DNA of 64,000 nt from Burkholderiales bacterium (GTDB lineage Bacteria; Pseudomonadota; Gammaproteobacteria; Burkholderiales; SG8-39): assembly GCA_035577785.1 (NCBI GenBank), contig DATLUZ010000297.1, positions 7,802 through 71,801 on the forward strand, in the 5' to 3' direction. This document shows, piece by piece, positions 43,958-51,846 of the stretch; the first letter of the stretch is position 1, and each line of letters opens with the position of its first letter. The notes under the pieces are model-generated. The model saw only the letters and a list, made by a program, of their open reading frames with translations, was not told the origin of the DNA and did no database searches. Position numbers and translations under genes: made by a program.

Positions 43958-44772
43958 CGCGCCCGCTCGAGGACGAGCGGCTGGCGCGATTGCGCGCCGA
44001 TCAGCTCGCCCGCGATGCGTCCGTTTTCGAGACGGCCCTCGAACCGCGAGCCATCTGCCTCCCAGACGATGTCGCGGCCGCGCAGCGTAGCCCGCGAGGA
44101 GGCGATGTCGCGTCCCAGCAGCCTGCCTTCGAGCTCGATTTCCTGGAAGTTCTGGTAGATCCGGATGCGGGTGGCGCCCGCCTGCCCGCTTCCCTGCCCG
44201 CTTCCCTGCCATACGCCTCGCACCTCCGCGGGCACGATCCAGAGATACAGGCTGCTCTCGTCGCCCTGTCCGGGGTGAGCCTTCGCGACATGCATGGTCT
44301 CGCGGCCGTCGGGACGCCAGCCGGTCATCGTGAAGGCATGCGACACGATCCGGGTGCCTGGCTGCAGGCGCTGCAAGAATCTCGGTTGCAGGCGGTTCAT
44401 GAGATCGGGCAGCAGGTAAACCGTCACCACGCTCGCGGCGGAGATGTCCGCCGCGAGCACGTCGCCCTGCACGAACGAGACGCGGTCCGCGACCCCGGCC
44501 CGCGCCGCGTTCTCGCGCGAGCGCTGCACCAGGCTCGCATCGAGCTCGATGCCAAGCCCGCGCGCCCCGAACTGCCGCGCCGCCGCGATCACGATGCGTC
44601 CGTCGCCCGATCCAAGATCGGCGACGAGGTCGCCTGGCCGGGTTTGCGCGAGCGCAAGCATGCGATGCACCACCTCGTCGGGGGTGGTGATGAACGGCAC
44701 GGTGAGCGATTCCTCCGCCGCGCAAAGCGCGGACGAAAAGACGAGCGCGAGAACCGCCAGCCGGCCGCTCAC
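43954..44772 (-). CDS. Class I SAM-dependent methyltransferase with N-terminal signal/anchor sequence and unknown C-terminal domain
   Basis: ORF 43954..44898 trimmed to GTG 44772 (GTGA overlap with the upstream gene). It reads VSGRLAVLALVFSSALCAAEE, then DLGSGDGRI (SAM motif I). Confidence 0.75.
   Translation of the reverse strand: MSGRLAVLALVFSSALCAAEESLTVPFITTPDEVVHRMLALAQTRPGDLVADLGSGDGRIVIAAARQFGARGLGIELDASLVQRSRENAARAGVADRVSFVQGDVLAADISAASVVTVYLLPDLMNRLQPRFLQRLQPGTRIVSHAFTMTGWRPDGRETMHVAKAHPGQGDESSLYLWIVPAEVRGVWQGSGQGSGQAGATRIRIYQNFQEIELEGRLLGRDIASSRATLRGRDIVWEADGSRFEGRLENGRIAGELIGAQSRQPLVLERAR
44182..44210 (-). repeat. Perfect 12-nt tandem repeat (2.4 copies) encoding GSGQGSGQ linker
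   Basis: ctgcccgcttcc occurs twice, plus a partial ctgcc, inside the methyltransferase gene. Confidence 0.85.
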
Positions 44773-45257
44773 GGCATGAGGCGCTCGATCGCCTTCCTCA
44801 CCTCGGGCGCGTTCCAGTCGATCGCGCCAAGATAGCTGTAGGCGACCTTGCCGTCGGGGCCGATGACGTAGCTGGCAGGGAGCACGCGAGCGTTCCACGC
44901 GCGCGTCGTCTTCATGTCGCGGTCAAGCAGCAGGGGAAAAGCGAGCCCCATCTTCTCCGCGAAGCCGCGCGCGGCGCTTGCACCTTCGCCGACGTTGACT
45001 GCGAGCACCGCGAAGGGTCGGCCCTGGAGGCTCTCCTGGAGCGACGCCATGCTCGGCATCTCCTCGCGGCAGGGCGTGCACCAGGTAGCCCAGAAGTTGA
45101 GCAGCACCACCTTGCCCCGATACTCGGACAGGCGATGCGTCTTGCCTTGCACGTCTTCGAGCTCGAGCGCCGGCGTCGCGCCGCCTTTCCACGGCTTGAG
45201 CGGCTGCGCCGCCGCGGGGAAGGCGAATGCGACGAGAAGCAATAAGGCAAATCTCAT
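44769..45257 (-). CDS. TlpA/ResA-family periplasmic thiol:disulfide oxidoreductase
   Basis: 162 aa with a signal peptide and redox motif WATWCTPC. Confidence 0.88.
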   Translation of the reverse strand: MRFALLLLVAFAFPAAAQPLKPWKGGATPALELEDVQGKTHRLSEYRGKVVLLNFWATWCTPCREEMPSMASLQESLQGRPFAVLAVNVGEGASAARGFAEKMGLAFPLLLDRDMKTTRAWNARVLPASYVIGPDGKVAYSYLGAIDWNAPEVRKAIERLMP

Positions 45258-45263
45258 CGAACT

Positions 45264-45269
45264 ACTTTA
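45264..45269 (-). promoter_or_regulatory. TAAAGT -10-like hexamer with exact leaderless geometry for the tlpA-like gene
   Basis: Six nt lie between the hexamer and ATG 45257. It sits immediately after the upstream terminator U-tract, with no SD. Confidence 0.3.
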
Positions 45270-45271
45270 CC

Positions 45272-45304
45272 GCAAAAGAAAAGCCCGGCGCGTTGCGCCG
45301 GGCT
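45272..45304 (-). terminator. Rho-independent terminator of the small Lys-rich protein gene
   Basis: Minus strand reads AGCCCGGCG-caacg-CGCCGGGCU followed by UUUCUUUUG. Confidence 0.7.
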
Positions 45305-45320
45305 CACGGTCTCGTGCGGG

Positions 45321-45536
45321 TTACTTGGTGTCTTTCTTGGCGTCGCTCGGGGCGGAGCCGGTCTTGGTGCTGCCGGACTTCGCCTTGGTGGATTTCGACT
45401 TGGACGATTTGGCCTTCTTCGTGTCCTTCTTCGCTTCCATCTTCGAGTCGGCCTTCGGCTCCGCCTTGGGGGCCTGAGCATAGGCGCCGAGCGCGAACGC
45501 GGACGCAAAAAGCGCAACAAGCAGTTTCCTGAGCAT
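45321..45536 (-). CDS. Small secreted lysine-rich low-complexity protein (71 aa)
   Basis: GAGGAGA lies 5 nt before the ATG. The signal peptide is MLRKLLVALFASAFALGAYA. The mature 51 residues contain 16 Lys and no aromatic or large hydrophobic residues. The gene has its own terminator. Confidence 0.65.
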   Translation of the reverse strand: MLRKLLVALFASAFALGAYAQAPKAEPKADSKMEAKKDTKKAKSSKSKSTKAKSGSTKTGSAPSDAKKDTK

Positions 45537-45618
45537 GACTTCTCCTCGGTTGGTTAAGGCGATCCCTTCGGATCTGCACCGAACAACGCACCACTTGAAA
45601 CTGCGTTGACCCGCGACG

Positions 45619-46686
45619 CTACGGCCTCACGGTGACGTGGAGTCGTTGCACGCCGTTATTCCCGAATCCCGAGGCGTCCCAGGGCGGCTCGAGCGGCTGG
45701 CGCTCGCCCGTGCAGTCCGTGGCTCGGCACGCGAGCTCGTGCTCACCGGGACTCGCTTCCCAAGCGGCGCGCCACGCCTGCCACGCGTGCTCGAACTGTC
45801 GCCGTTCGACAACAGCGTCGCGCCAGATGCCGTTCACCGCGAACTCGACCTTGTCGATGTGACCCGCGCCGCTCCACGCCCGGCCGGTGATCTCGATCGT
45901 TCCTGCATCGACAACGCGCTCTCGAGCGAAGAAGTGCGGAATGCCCGGCGGCGCCATGAGGGAATTCACGCGCATGCGCGTGCAGGGCTCGCCTTTTTCG
46001 CCCGAGGCGCTGCGGAAGTGATAGCCCGAGGCCTGCTGCAGGCCGTCGAACCTGCGGTCGATCGCCTCGATGGCGTAAAGCCACTTCACGCTTGCCATGC
46101 CGTACCACCGCGGCACGATCAAGCGCAGCGGCGCACCGTGCTGCGGCGGCAGCGCAGAACCGTTCATCGCGTAGGCAAGCACTACTTCCTCGCGTTGCGC
46201 GAGCTCGGGAACCAGGCTGCGCGCGAACTCGTGCTCGACGCCGCGATCGAAACCGCGGTCGGCACCGCGGAAGACGATGTCTTTCGCGTCGCTCCTCACC
46301 CCCGCGCGCGATAGAAGCAGCGCAAGCGGCACGCCGGTCCACTCCGCGGTGGAAACACCCTCCTCGAGCCACGGCACCGACGGATAGCGCGGCGAGAGCT
46401 GTCCGCGGCCGTTGCCGGCGCATTCCATGGTGACACGCAATGTCTTGGAAGGCATCGATTTCAACTCGTCCAGGCCTACGGCAAAGGGACGCTGGAAAAC
46501 GCCATTCACGTGGAGCTTCCAGCCCGCGGGCTCGGGCGGAATGTCGAAATGGATAAGGAGGTAGTGCAGCCCGGAGGGCGTCACGTCGTGGCGCAGGGCC
46601 TCGAGCGGCATGCCGCGGTTGCGCCCGGCGAGCGCGAGCTCCTCGCCGGTGTAGCGGCCGACCAGCGGCGGACGGCGTGCGGACAT
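45619..46686 (-). CDS. Sulfite-oxidase-family molybdopterin oxidoreductase (no signal peptide)
   Basis: The Mo-cofactor cysteine is in the motif TMECAGNGR, and there is a C-terminal dimerisation-like domain. I prefer ATG 46686 (MSARRPP...) over track start 46734, which would overlap chaC. Confidence 0.8.
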   Translation of the reverse strand: MSARRPPLVGRYTGEELALAGRNRGMPLEALRHDVTPSGLHYLLIHFDIPPEPAGWKLHVNGVFQRPFAVGLDELKSMPSKTLRVTMECAGNGRGQLSPRYPSVPWLEEGVSTAEWTGVPLALLLSRAGVRSDAKDIVFRGADRGFDRGVEHEFARSLVPELAQREEVVLAYAMNGSALPPQHGAPLRLIVPRWYGMASVKWLYAIEAIDRRFDGLQQASGYHFRSASGEKGEPCTRMRVNSLMAPPGIPHFFARERVVDAGTIEITGRAWSGAGHIDKVEFAVNGIWRDAVVERRQFEHAWQAWRAAWEASPGEHELACRATDCTGERQPLEPPWDASGFGNNGVQRLHVTVRP

Positions 46687-46694
46687 CGCGCCGA

Positions 46695-46702
46695 TTTTAT
46701 AT
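46695..46702. promoter_or_regulatory. Shared AT-rich core TTTTATAT in a 28-bp divergent spacer (TTATAT on plus, TATAAA on minus)
   Basis: It lies 12 nt before chaC ATG 46715 and 9 nt before ATG 46686 on the other strand. Neither gene has an SD. Confidence 0.3.
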
Positions 46703-46714
46703 GCTGGTGACACG

Positions 46715-47416
46715 ATGACCCTGGACGAGTTCATGGCCGGTCTGCCGAAAGGCGACCTCTGGGTATTCGGCTACGGCTCGCTCATGTGGTCACCGGGGTT
46801 TTCTTACCGCCAGAAAGCGCGCGGCCTGATCCACGGCTACCACCGGGCGCTGTGCATCCTTTCGACGCGCTACCGCGGCACCAAGCGCAAGCCCGGCCTG
46901 GTGATGGGCCTGTGCCGCGGCGGCTCGTGCTGGGGCATCGCATACCGCGTCCATGCCGATGGCGTGCGCCGGGCGCTGGCGCGGCTGTGGAAGCGCGAAA
47001 TGCCGCGGCGCGTGTACGCGCCGCGCCTGCTCCAGGTGCAGATCGCGCGCGGACGCCATGTTCGCGCGCTCGCGTTTCTCGCCGATCCAACGCATCCCGC
47101 CTATGTGCGCGAACTCGACCTGCACGGCCGCGCCAGGCTGGTGGCGCAGGGCATCGGGCAGCGCGGTACCGCGGTCGACTACATCCGGAACACGCTCGCG
47201 CACATGCACGAGCTAGGGGTAGGCGACCCCCACCTGGAACGAATCCTTCACGCGGCATTGCTGCTACGCACGAATGGTTCCGGTGCCGCTGCGCGAGCGG
47301 AGGTTCCGGCGCCCCAGCGCCAGCCCGAAGCTACCGCGGCGCGGGACGTGCTGCCGCGGCGCGCGTCATCCGGGCGAGCGCCTCGGCGAGGCGCTCGCGC
47401 TGCGTCGCGAAGTTAA
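46715..47416 (+). CDS. chaC: ChaC-family gamma-glutamylcyclotransferase
   Basis: 233 aa with a VFGYGSLMW motif. The Ala/Arg-rich tail runs 86 nt into the convergent aminotransferase gene. Confidence 0.8.
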   Translation: MTLDEFMAGLPKGDLWVFGYGSLMWSPGFSYRQKARGLIHGYHRALCILSTRYRGTKRKPGLVMGLCRGGSCWGIAYRVHADGVRRALARLWKREMPRRVYAPRLLQVQIARGRHVRALAFLADPTHPAYVRELDLHGRARLVAQGIGQRGTAVDYIRNTLAHMHELGVGDPHLERILHAALLLRTNGSGAAARAEVPAPQRQPEATAARDVLPRRASSGRAPRRGARAASRS

Positions 47417-48473
47417 GGCGCACGAAGCCCCCCGGCCCCGAGAACTGCGGGCCCGGCGACAGCGCCACGCCGGCCTGGAGGAAAAGCGGGTAAGCGTCCC
47501 GGCCTTCGCCAAGCGAAGACGCGTCGATCCACGCGAGGTACGTGGCCTCGACGTGCGCCGTCGGCAAACCCGCCGCCGCCATGGCGCGCTCGACGAGGTC
47601 GCGGTTGCCGCGCAGGTACTCCAGTTGCGCGGCGAGCCAGGCGTCGCCGCCGCGGAAAGCGGCGAGCGTGGCGTCGTAGCCGAACACCGAGGGCGAATGC
47701 AGCACGTGCGCCGCGATGTCGGCCGCGAACGCGCGCCGCAGCCGGTCGTCCTCGATGATCGCCCAGGCGCAGCCCGCGGCCGGGAAATTGAAAGTCTTGC
47801 TCGCGGACATCAGCGTCACCGTGCGACGCGAGACCTCGGGCGAAAGGCTCGCGATCGGCACGTGGCGCAGCTCCGGGTCGAGGACGAGGTCGCAGTGGAT
47901 CTCGTCGGACACGATGATCGCCCGCCCGCTCGCCTCGGCCAGCCGCTCGAGCTCGGCGCGGCGGAAGACCGTGCCGCCCGGATTCTGGGGATTGCACAGA
48001 AAGAAGAGGTCGGCGTCCTTCCTCAGGTCCTGGGGGTCGAAGACCCAGCGGCCGCCCTCGAGGAAGAGAGGGATCTCGGTAAAGCGGCGCGGCGCGAGCT
48101 CCGCGGCGCGCTTGAGGTGCTGATAGACCGGCCGCGGCACGAGCACGTGGCCATCGGGGGGCGCGAGCTTGCGCGCCGCGAGGTGCAGCCCGGGGACCAC
48201 GCCGGAGAGATGGACCACCCAGGAGGGCTCGACACGCCAGGCGTAGCGCCGCTCGAGGCGCTCGCAGATCGCCTCGGTCAGCGCCGCGGGCGGGGTGGTG
48301 TAGCCGAACACGCCGTGCTCGACGCGGGCGGCGAGCGCGTGCAGCACGGCAGGCGGCGCACGGAAATCGCTGTCGGCGACCCACAGCGGGATGACGTCGC
48401 GTCCCGCGTAGCGCTCCCAGCGCGTGCTCCAGGTGCCGGACCGCTCGACCGGCGCGTCGAAGTCGAACTCCAC
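47331..48473 (-). CDS. MalY/PatB-family PLP-dependent cystathionine beta-lyase / aminotransferase
   Basis: 380 aa starting FDFDAPVERSGTWSTRW, with a SASKTFN PLP-lysine motif. Confidence 0.9.
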   Translation of the reverse strand: MEFDFDAPVERSGTWSTRWERYAGRDVIPLWVADSDFRAPPAVLHALAARVEHGVFGYTTPPAALTEAICERLERRYAWRVEPSWVVHLSGVVPGLHLAARKLAPPDGHVLVPRPVYQHLKRAAELAPRRFTEIPLFLEGGRWVFDPQDLRKDADLFFLCNPQNPGGTVFRRAELERLAEASGRAIIVSDEIHCDLVLDPELRHVPIASLSPEVSRRTVTLMSASKTFNFPAAGCAWAIIEDDRLRRAFAADIAAHVLHSPSVFGYDATLAAFRGGDAWLAAQLEYLRGNRDLVERAMAAAGLPTAHVEATYLAWIDASSLGEGRDAYPLFLQAGVALSPGPQFSGPGGFVRLNFATQRERLAEALARMTRAAAARPAPR

Positions 48474-48496
48474 GCCGATTTATAACAAAAAACCGG

Positions 48497-49996
48497 CTAT
48501 TTCTTCGGGTTCGAGGGCTGGTCCTTCTCCAGGCTCGCGCCCTGGTCCTCCTCCTCCTGCTGTTCCTGCCCGGCCTTGAGCGGGTCGTCTTCGAGGCGGT
48601 TCGCGCTGTCGTCGATCTCCTCGGTCTGCATGGCCTGCTGCTCGGTGCGGAGCGCTTCCGGCAGGTAGGTCGCGATGCTGGGAACGAACATGACGACCGT
48701 GATGGCGATGCACTGCAGCACCATGAACTCGAACATGCCCTTGTAGATCGTGAGGAGCGACCAGTCCTTGACCACCTGCTTGAGGTAGTACGCCGACATC
48801 GCGACCGGCGGCGAGAGATACGCGGTCTGCATCGTCACGGCGACGAGCGACCCGAACCACACCATGAACAGATCGTCGGGGATGCCGAAGGACTTGGACA
48901 GCGCCGGGCGCAGCGCGTCGACGACCGGGTAGAAAATCGGCAGGAAGACCAGGATGATCGCCGGCCATTCGAACGGCCAGCCGAGCAGGAATATGAGCAC
49001 GACCACGAAAGCAAGCATCACCAGCGGCGGCACCGGCAGCGACACCATGGCGTCGGTAATCCAGTTGGCGGTGCCCATGCGCGCGAACACCGCGCCGAAG
49101 ATGTTGGAGGTCACGGCGAGCAGCAGCACCATGCTCGAGGTCAGGGTCGCGCTCACGACCGCCTGCTTGAGCCCGGCGTACGTCAGCCGCCGGTAGACGA
49201 CGGCGAGGATCAAGGCACCGAGCGCGCCGATGCCCGAAGCCTCGGTCGGCGTGGCGAGGCCGGCGAGGATCGAGCCCAGCGTGGCGGTGATCAACAGCAG
49301 CAGCGGAAGCACGCCGATCACGACTTCCTTGGCGATCACCACGAGGTCGGTGACGCGCTCTTCCCTCGGCACCGGCGGCCCCAGCTTCGGATTGAGAAAG
49401 CTGCGGGTGATGAGGTAGACGAGATAGATGCCTGCGAGCAGGAAGCCGGGTCCGAACGCCGCGGAATAGAGATCGGCCACCGATACGCCGAGCACCGGGC
49501 CCATGACGATGAGCATCACCGACGGCGGGATCAGGATGCCGAGCGTGCCGCCGGCGGTGATCGCGCCGGCCGAGAGCTTGGCGTCGTAGCCGGTCTTGAT
49601 CATGATCGGCGCGGCCATGATGCCGAGCACGGTGACCGCCGCGCCGACGATGCCGGTGGCCATCGCGAACACCGCGGAAGTCACGATGACCACGATGTAG
49701 AGCGAGCCGCGGATCGGCGCGAGCACCATGCGGAAGGCCGAGAACAGCCGCTCCATGAGCCCTGCCTGCTCGGTGATGAAGCCCATGAAGATGAACAGCG
49801 GCACCGCCGCGAGCAGCTCCTCCTTCATCATGCCGATGGTCTGGAAGTACGCCAGGTTGAACACCACGTCGCCGAGGGCGAGGTAGCCGAAGCTGAGCGC
49901 GAGGAACAGCAGCGTGAACGAGATCGGAATCCCGATAAAGATGGCGCCGATCATCACGATCAGCATCGCCATGCCGATTGCGATATCGGCGCTCAT
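48497..49996 (-). CDS. dctM: TRAP transporter large permease with acidic C-terminal extension
   Basis: ORF trimmed to ATG 49996 (ATGA overlap with dctQ), giving 499 aa. It is a multi-TM protein. The last 53 residues are hydrophilic and acidic. Confidence 0.9.
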   Translation of the reverse strand: MSADIAIGMAMLIVMIGAIFIGIPISFTLLFLALSFGYLALGDVVFNLAYFQTIGMMKEELLAAVPLFIFMGFITEQAGLMERLFSAFRMVLAPIRGSLYIVVIVTSAVFAMATGIVGAAVTVLGIMAAPIMIKTGYDAKLSAGAITAGGTLGILIPPSVMLIVMGPVLGVSVADLYSAAFGPGFLLAGIYLVYLITRSFLNPKLGPPVPREERVTDLVVIAKEVVIGVLPLLLLITATLGSILAGLATPTEASGIGALGALILAVVYRRLTYAGLKQAVVSATLTSSMVLLLAVTSNIFGAVFARMGTANWITDAMVSLPVPPLVMLAFVVVLIFLLGWPFEWPAIILVFLPIFYPVVDALRPALSKSFGIPDDLFMVWFGSLVAVTMQTAYLSPPVAMSAYYLKQVVKDWSLLTIYKGMFEFMVLQCIAITVVMFVPSIATYLPEALRTEQQAMQTEEIDDSANRLEDDPLKAGQEQQEEEDQGASLEKDQPSNPKK

Positions 49997-50544
49997 ACCT
50001 CGATCTTCTCCTTGCGCTCGAGCTCGATGCCCATGCGCGCGGCGTAGAAACTCTTGATCAGCTCGGACACGCCCTGGATCAGCAGGAACACGCAGGTGAG
50101 CGGCACCACCGTCTTGTACGGCCACAGGATCGGGCGCCACGGCGTCTGCTCGGAGGTTTCCTTGATGTCGAAGGCGTACCAGGCCTCGCCGCCGCTGATC
50201 CAGAGCAGCATGACGATCGACGGGAAGAAAAACACGATGTACGAGGTGGCGTCGATGATCCCCTTGGTCTTCACCGACCATTTCTCGTAGAAGAAATCGG
50301 TGCGGATGTGGGCCCCCTTGTGCAGCGCGAACGCCGCGCCGAGCATGAAGATCGTGCCGTAGAACATGTACGTGAGGTCGAACGACCAGATCGTCGGCGC
50401 GTTGAACACGTAGCGCGCGATGACCTCGTACGCGACTACCGCCACGAGCGGCACGTTGAGCCAGGCGATCCAGGTTCCGGTGCGGTCGGTGAACTTGTCG
50501 ATCATGCGGACCGTCCTGATCAGGCCCGTCGACGGTGCGGCCAT
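49993..50544 (-). CDS. dctQ: TRAP transporter small permease
   Basis: 183 aa with four TM helices, positioned between the dctP and dctM homologues. Confidence 0.85.
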   Translation of the reverse strand: MAAPSTGLIRTVRMIDKFTDRTGTWIAWLNVPLVAVVAYEVIARYVFNAPTIWSFDLTYMFYGTIFMLGAAFALHKGAHIRTDFFYEKWSVKTKGIIDATSYIVFFFPSIVMLLWISGGEAWYAFDIKETSEQTPWRPILWPYKTVVPLTCVFLLIQGVSELIKSFYAARMGIELERKEKIEV

Positions 50545-50606
50545 GCGCTCTCCCCTTGAAAGCTAAACGGGGGCGGATCGTCCGCCCCCGTTGGCGAACC
50601 GTGCTG

Positions 50607-51743
50607 CTATTTCTTCTTCGCCTCCGCCTTGTCGGCGGCAGCCCCGGCCGCCGCCTTCTCCGGCCAGTAGTAGTTGGCGGCGAAAGAATACGGCGGGAAG
50701 TAGAAGCGCTTCGCCGGCACCACCACCGAAGCGTACTGGCGCTGCGACTCGAGCACCCTCTTGAAAAACGGGTTCTTGGCGGATTCTTCTTTCGCGATGA
50801 TGTCCCAGGTCTTCAGGAACTCGATCAGGATGTCGGGCGGGGTGCGCAGGATGCGCACGCCGTGCTTCTCCTGGAGCTCCTTGATCGCGTCGGCGTTCTG
50901 CTTCTGCCACTTGGCCCACCAGATGACGAAGGTCTCGGCGGCGACCGTCTTCATCAGCTCCTGGTGCTCGGGCTTGAGGCTCTTCCACACGTCGCCGTTG
51001 ATCACCACCTCGCCGATCGTCACGTTCTCGTGCATGCCGGGCGTGTAGTGGTACTTCCAGACGTTCTGGAACCCGAGGCGCAGGTCCTCCACGCCGCCGA
51101 CCCACTCGGCGCAGTCGATGACGCCGCGCTGCGCGGAGGGGATGATCTCGCCGCCGGGCATGTTGACCGTGGTCATGCCCATGCGCTGCCAGATCTCCGC
51201 GGCCATGCCGGTCTGCCGGCACTTCATGCCCTTGAAGTCGGCGAGGTTCTTGATCGGCCGCTTGAACCAGCCGAACGCCTGCGGGCCCGAGGGCAGGATC
51301 GGGATCCAGTGCAGGTTGAGCTTCAGCTCCTTGTTGAAGAACTCCTGCGCGAGCTCGATGCCGCCGCCGTGGTGCATCCAGCCGAGCGCGTCGATCATGT
51401 CCATGCCGAAGGTGCCGCCCGGGCCGCCGGTGAAGAGAATCGCGGTCTTGCTCTTGCCGACCCAGTACCCCGACCAGGAATGGGCGCCGTCGAGCACCTT
51501 CTTGTGCGTGGCGTCGAGCACCTCGAACGCCGGCACCACCTGGCCCGCGGGCATCGCGTCGATCTTGAGCTGGCCGCCGGAAACCTTGTTGATGCGATCG
51601 GCGAAGTAGGTGAAGTTCTCGTAAAGCGTCAGGCTCGCAGGCCAGGTGGCCTGCATCTTCAGCGTCGTGGATTGTTGCGCCTGCGCGCCGGCCGCGAACG
51701 TCGCGGCACAGGCGAGCGCAAGGACCGACCGGAATTGCCTCAT
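50607..51743 (-). CDS. dctP: TRAP transporter substrate-binding protein (DctP family)
   Basis: Start moved to ATG 51743, which lies 6 nt after GAGGAGGAGG. The signal peptide is MRQFRSVLALACAATFAAGAQA. Confidence 0.9.
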   Translation of the reverse strand: MRQFRSVLALACAATFAAGAQAQQSTTLKMQATWPASLTLYENFTYFADRINKVSGGQLKIDAMPAGQVVPAFEVLDATHKKVLDGAHSWSGYWVGKSKTAILFTGGPGGTFGMDMIDALGWMHHGGGIELAQEFFNKELKLNLHWIPILPSGPQAFGWFKRPIKNLADFKGMKCRQTGMAAEIWQRMGMTTVNMPGGEIIPSAQRGVIDCAEWVGGVEDLRLGFQNVWKYHYTPGMHENVTIGEVVINGDVWKSLKPEHQELMKTVAAETFVIWWAKWQKQNADAIKELQEKHGVRILRTPPDILIEFLKTWDIIAKEESAKNPFFKRVLESQRQYASVVVPAKRFYFPPYSFAANYYWPEKAAAGAAADKAEAKKK

Positions 51744-51846
51744 GCTGGCCCTCCTCCTCAGGTTTGGTTTCACAAGGCGAAATGCAGCCTACCACGCTTC
51801 GCCTGGAGGCGGTCAACGGAAGCGCGTGACCGTCGATCTCCGCAAA

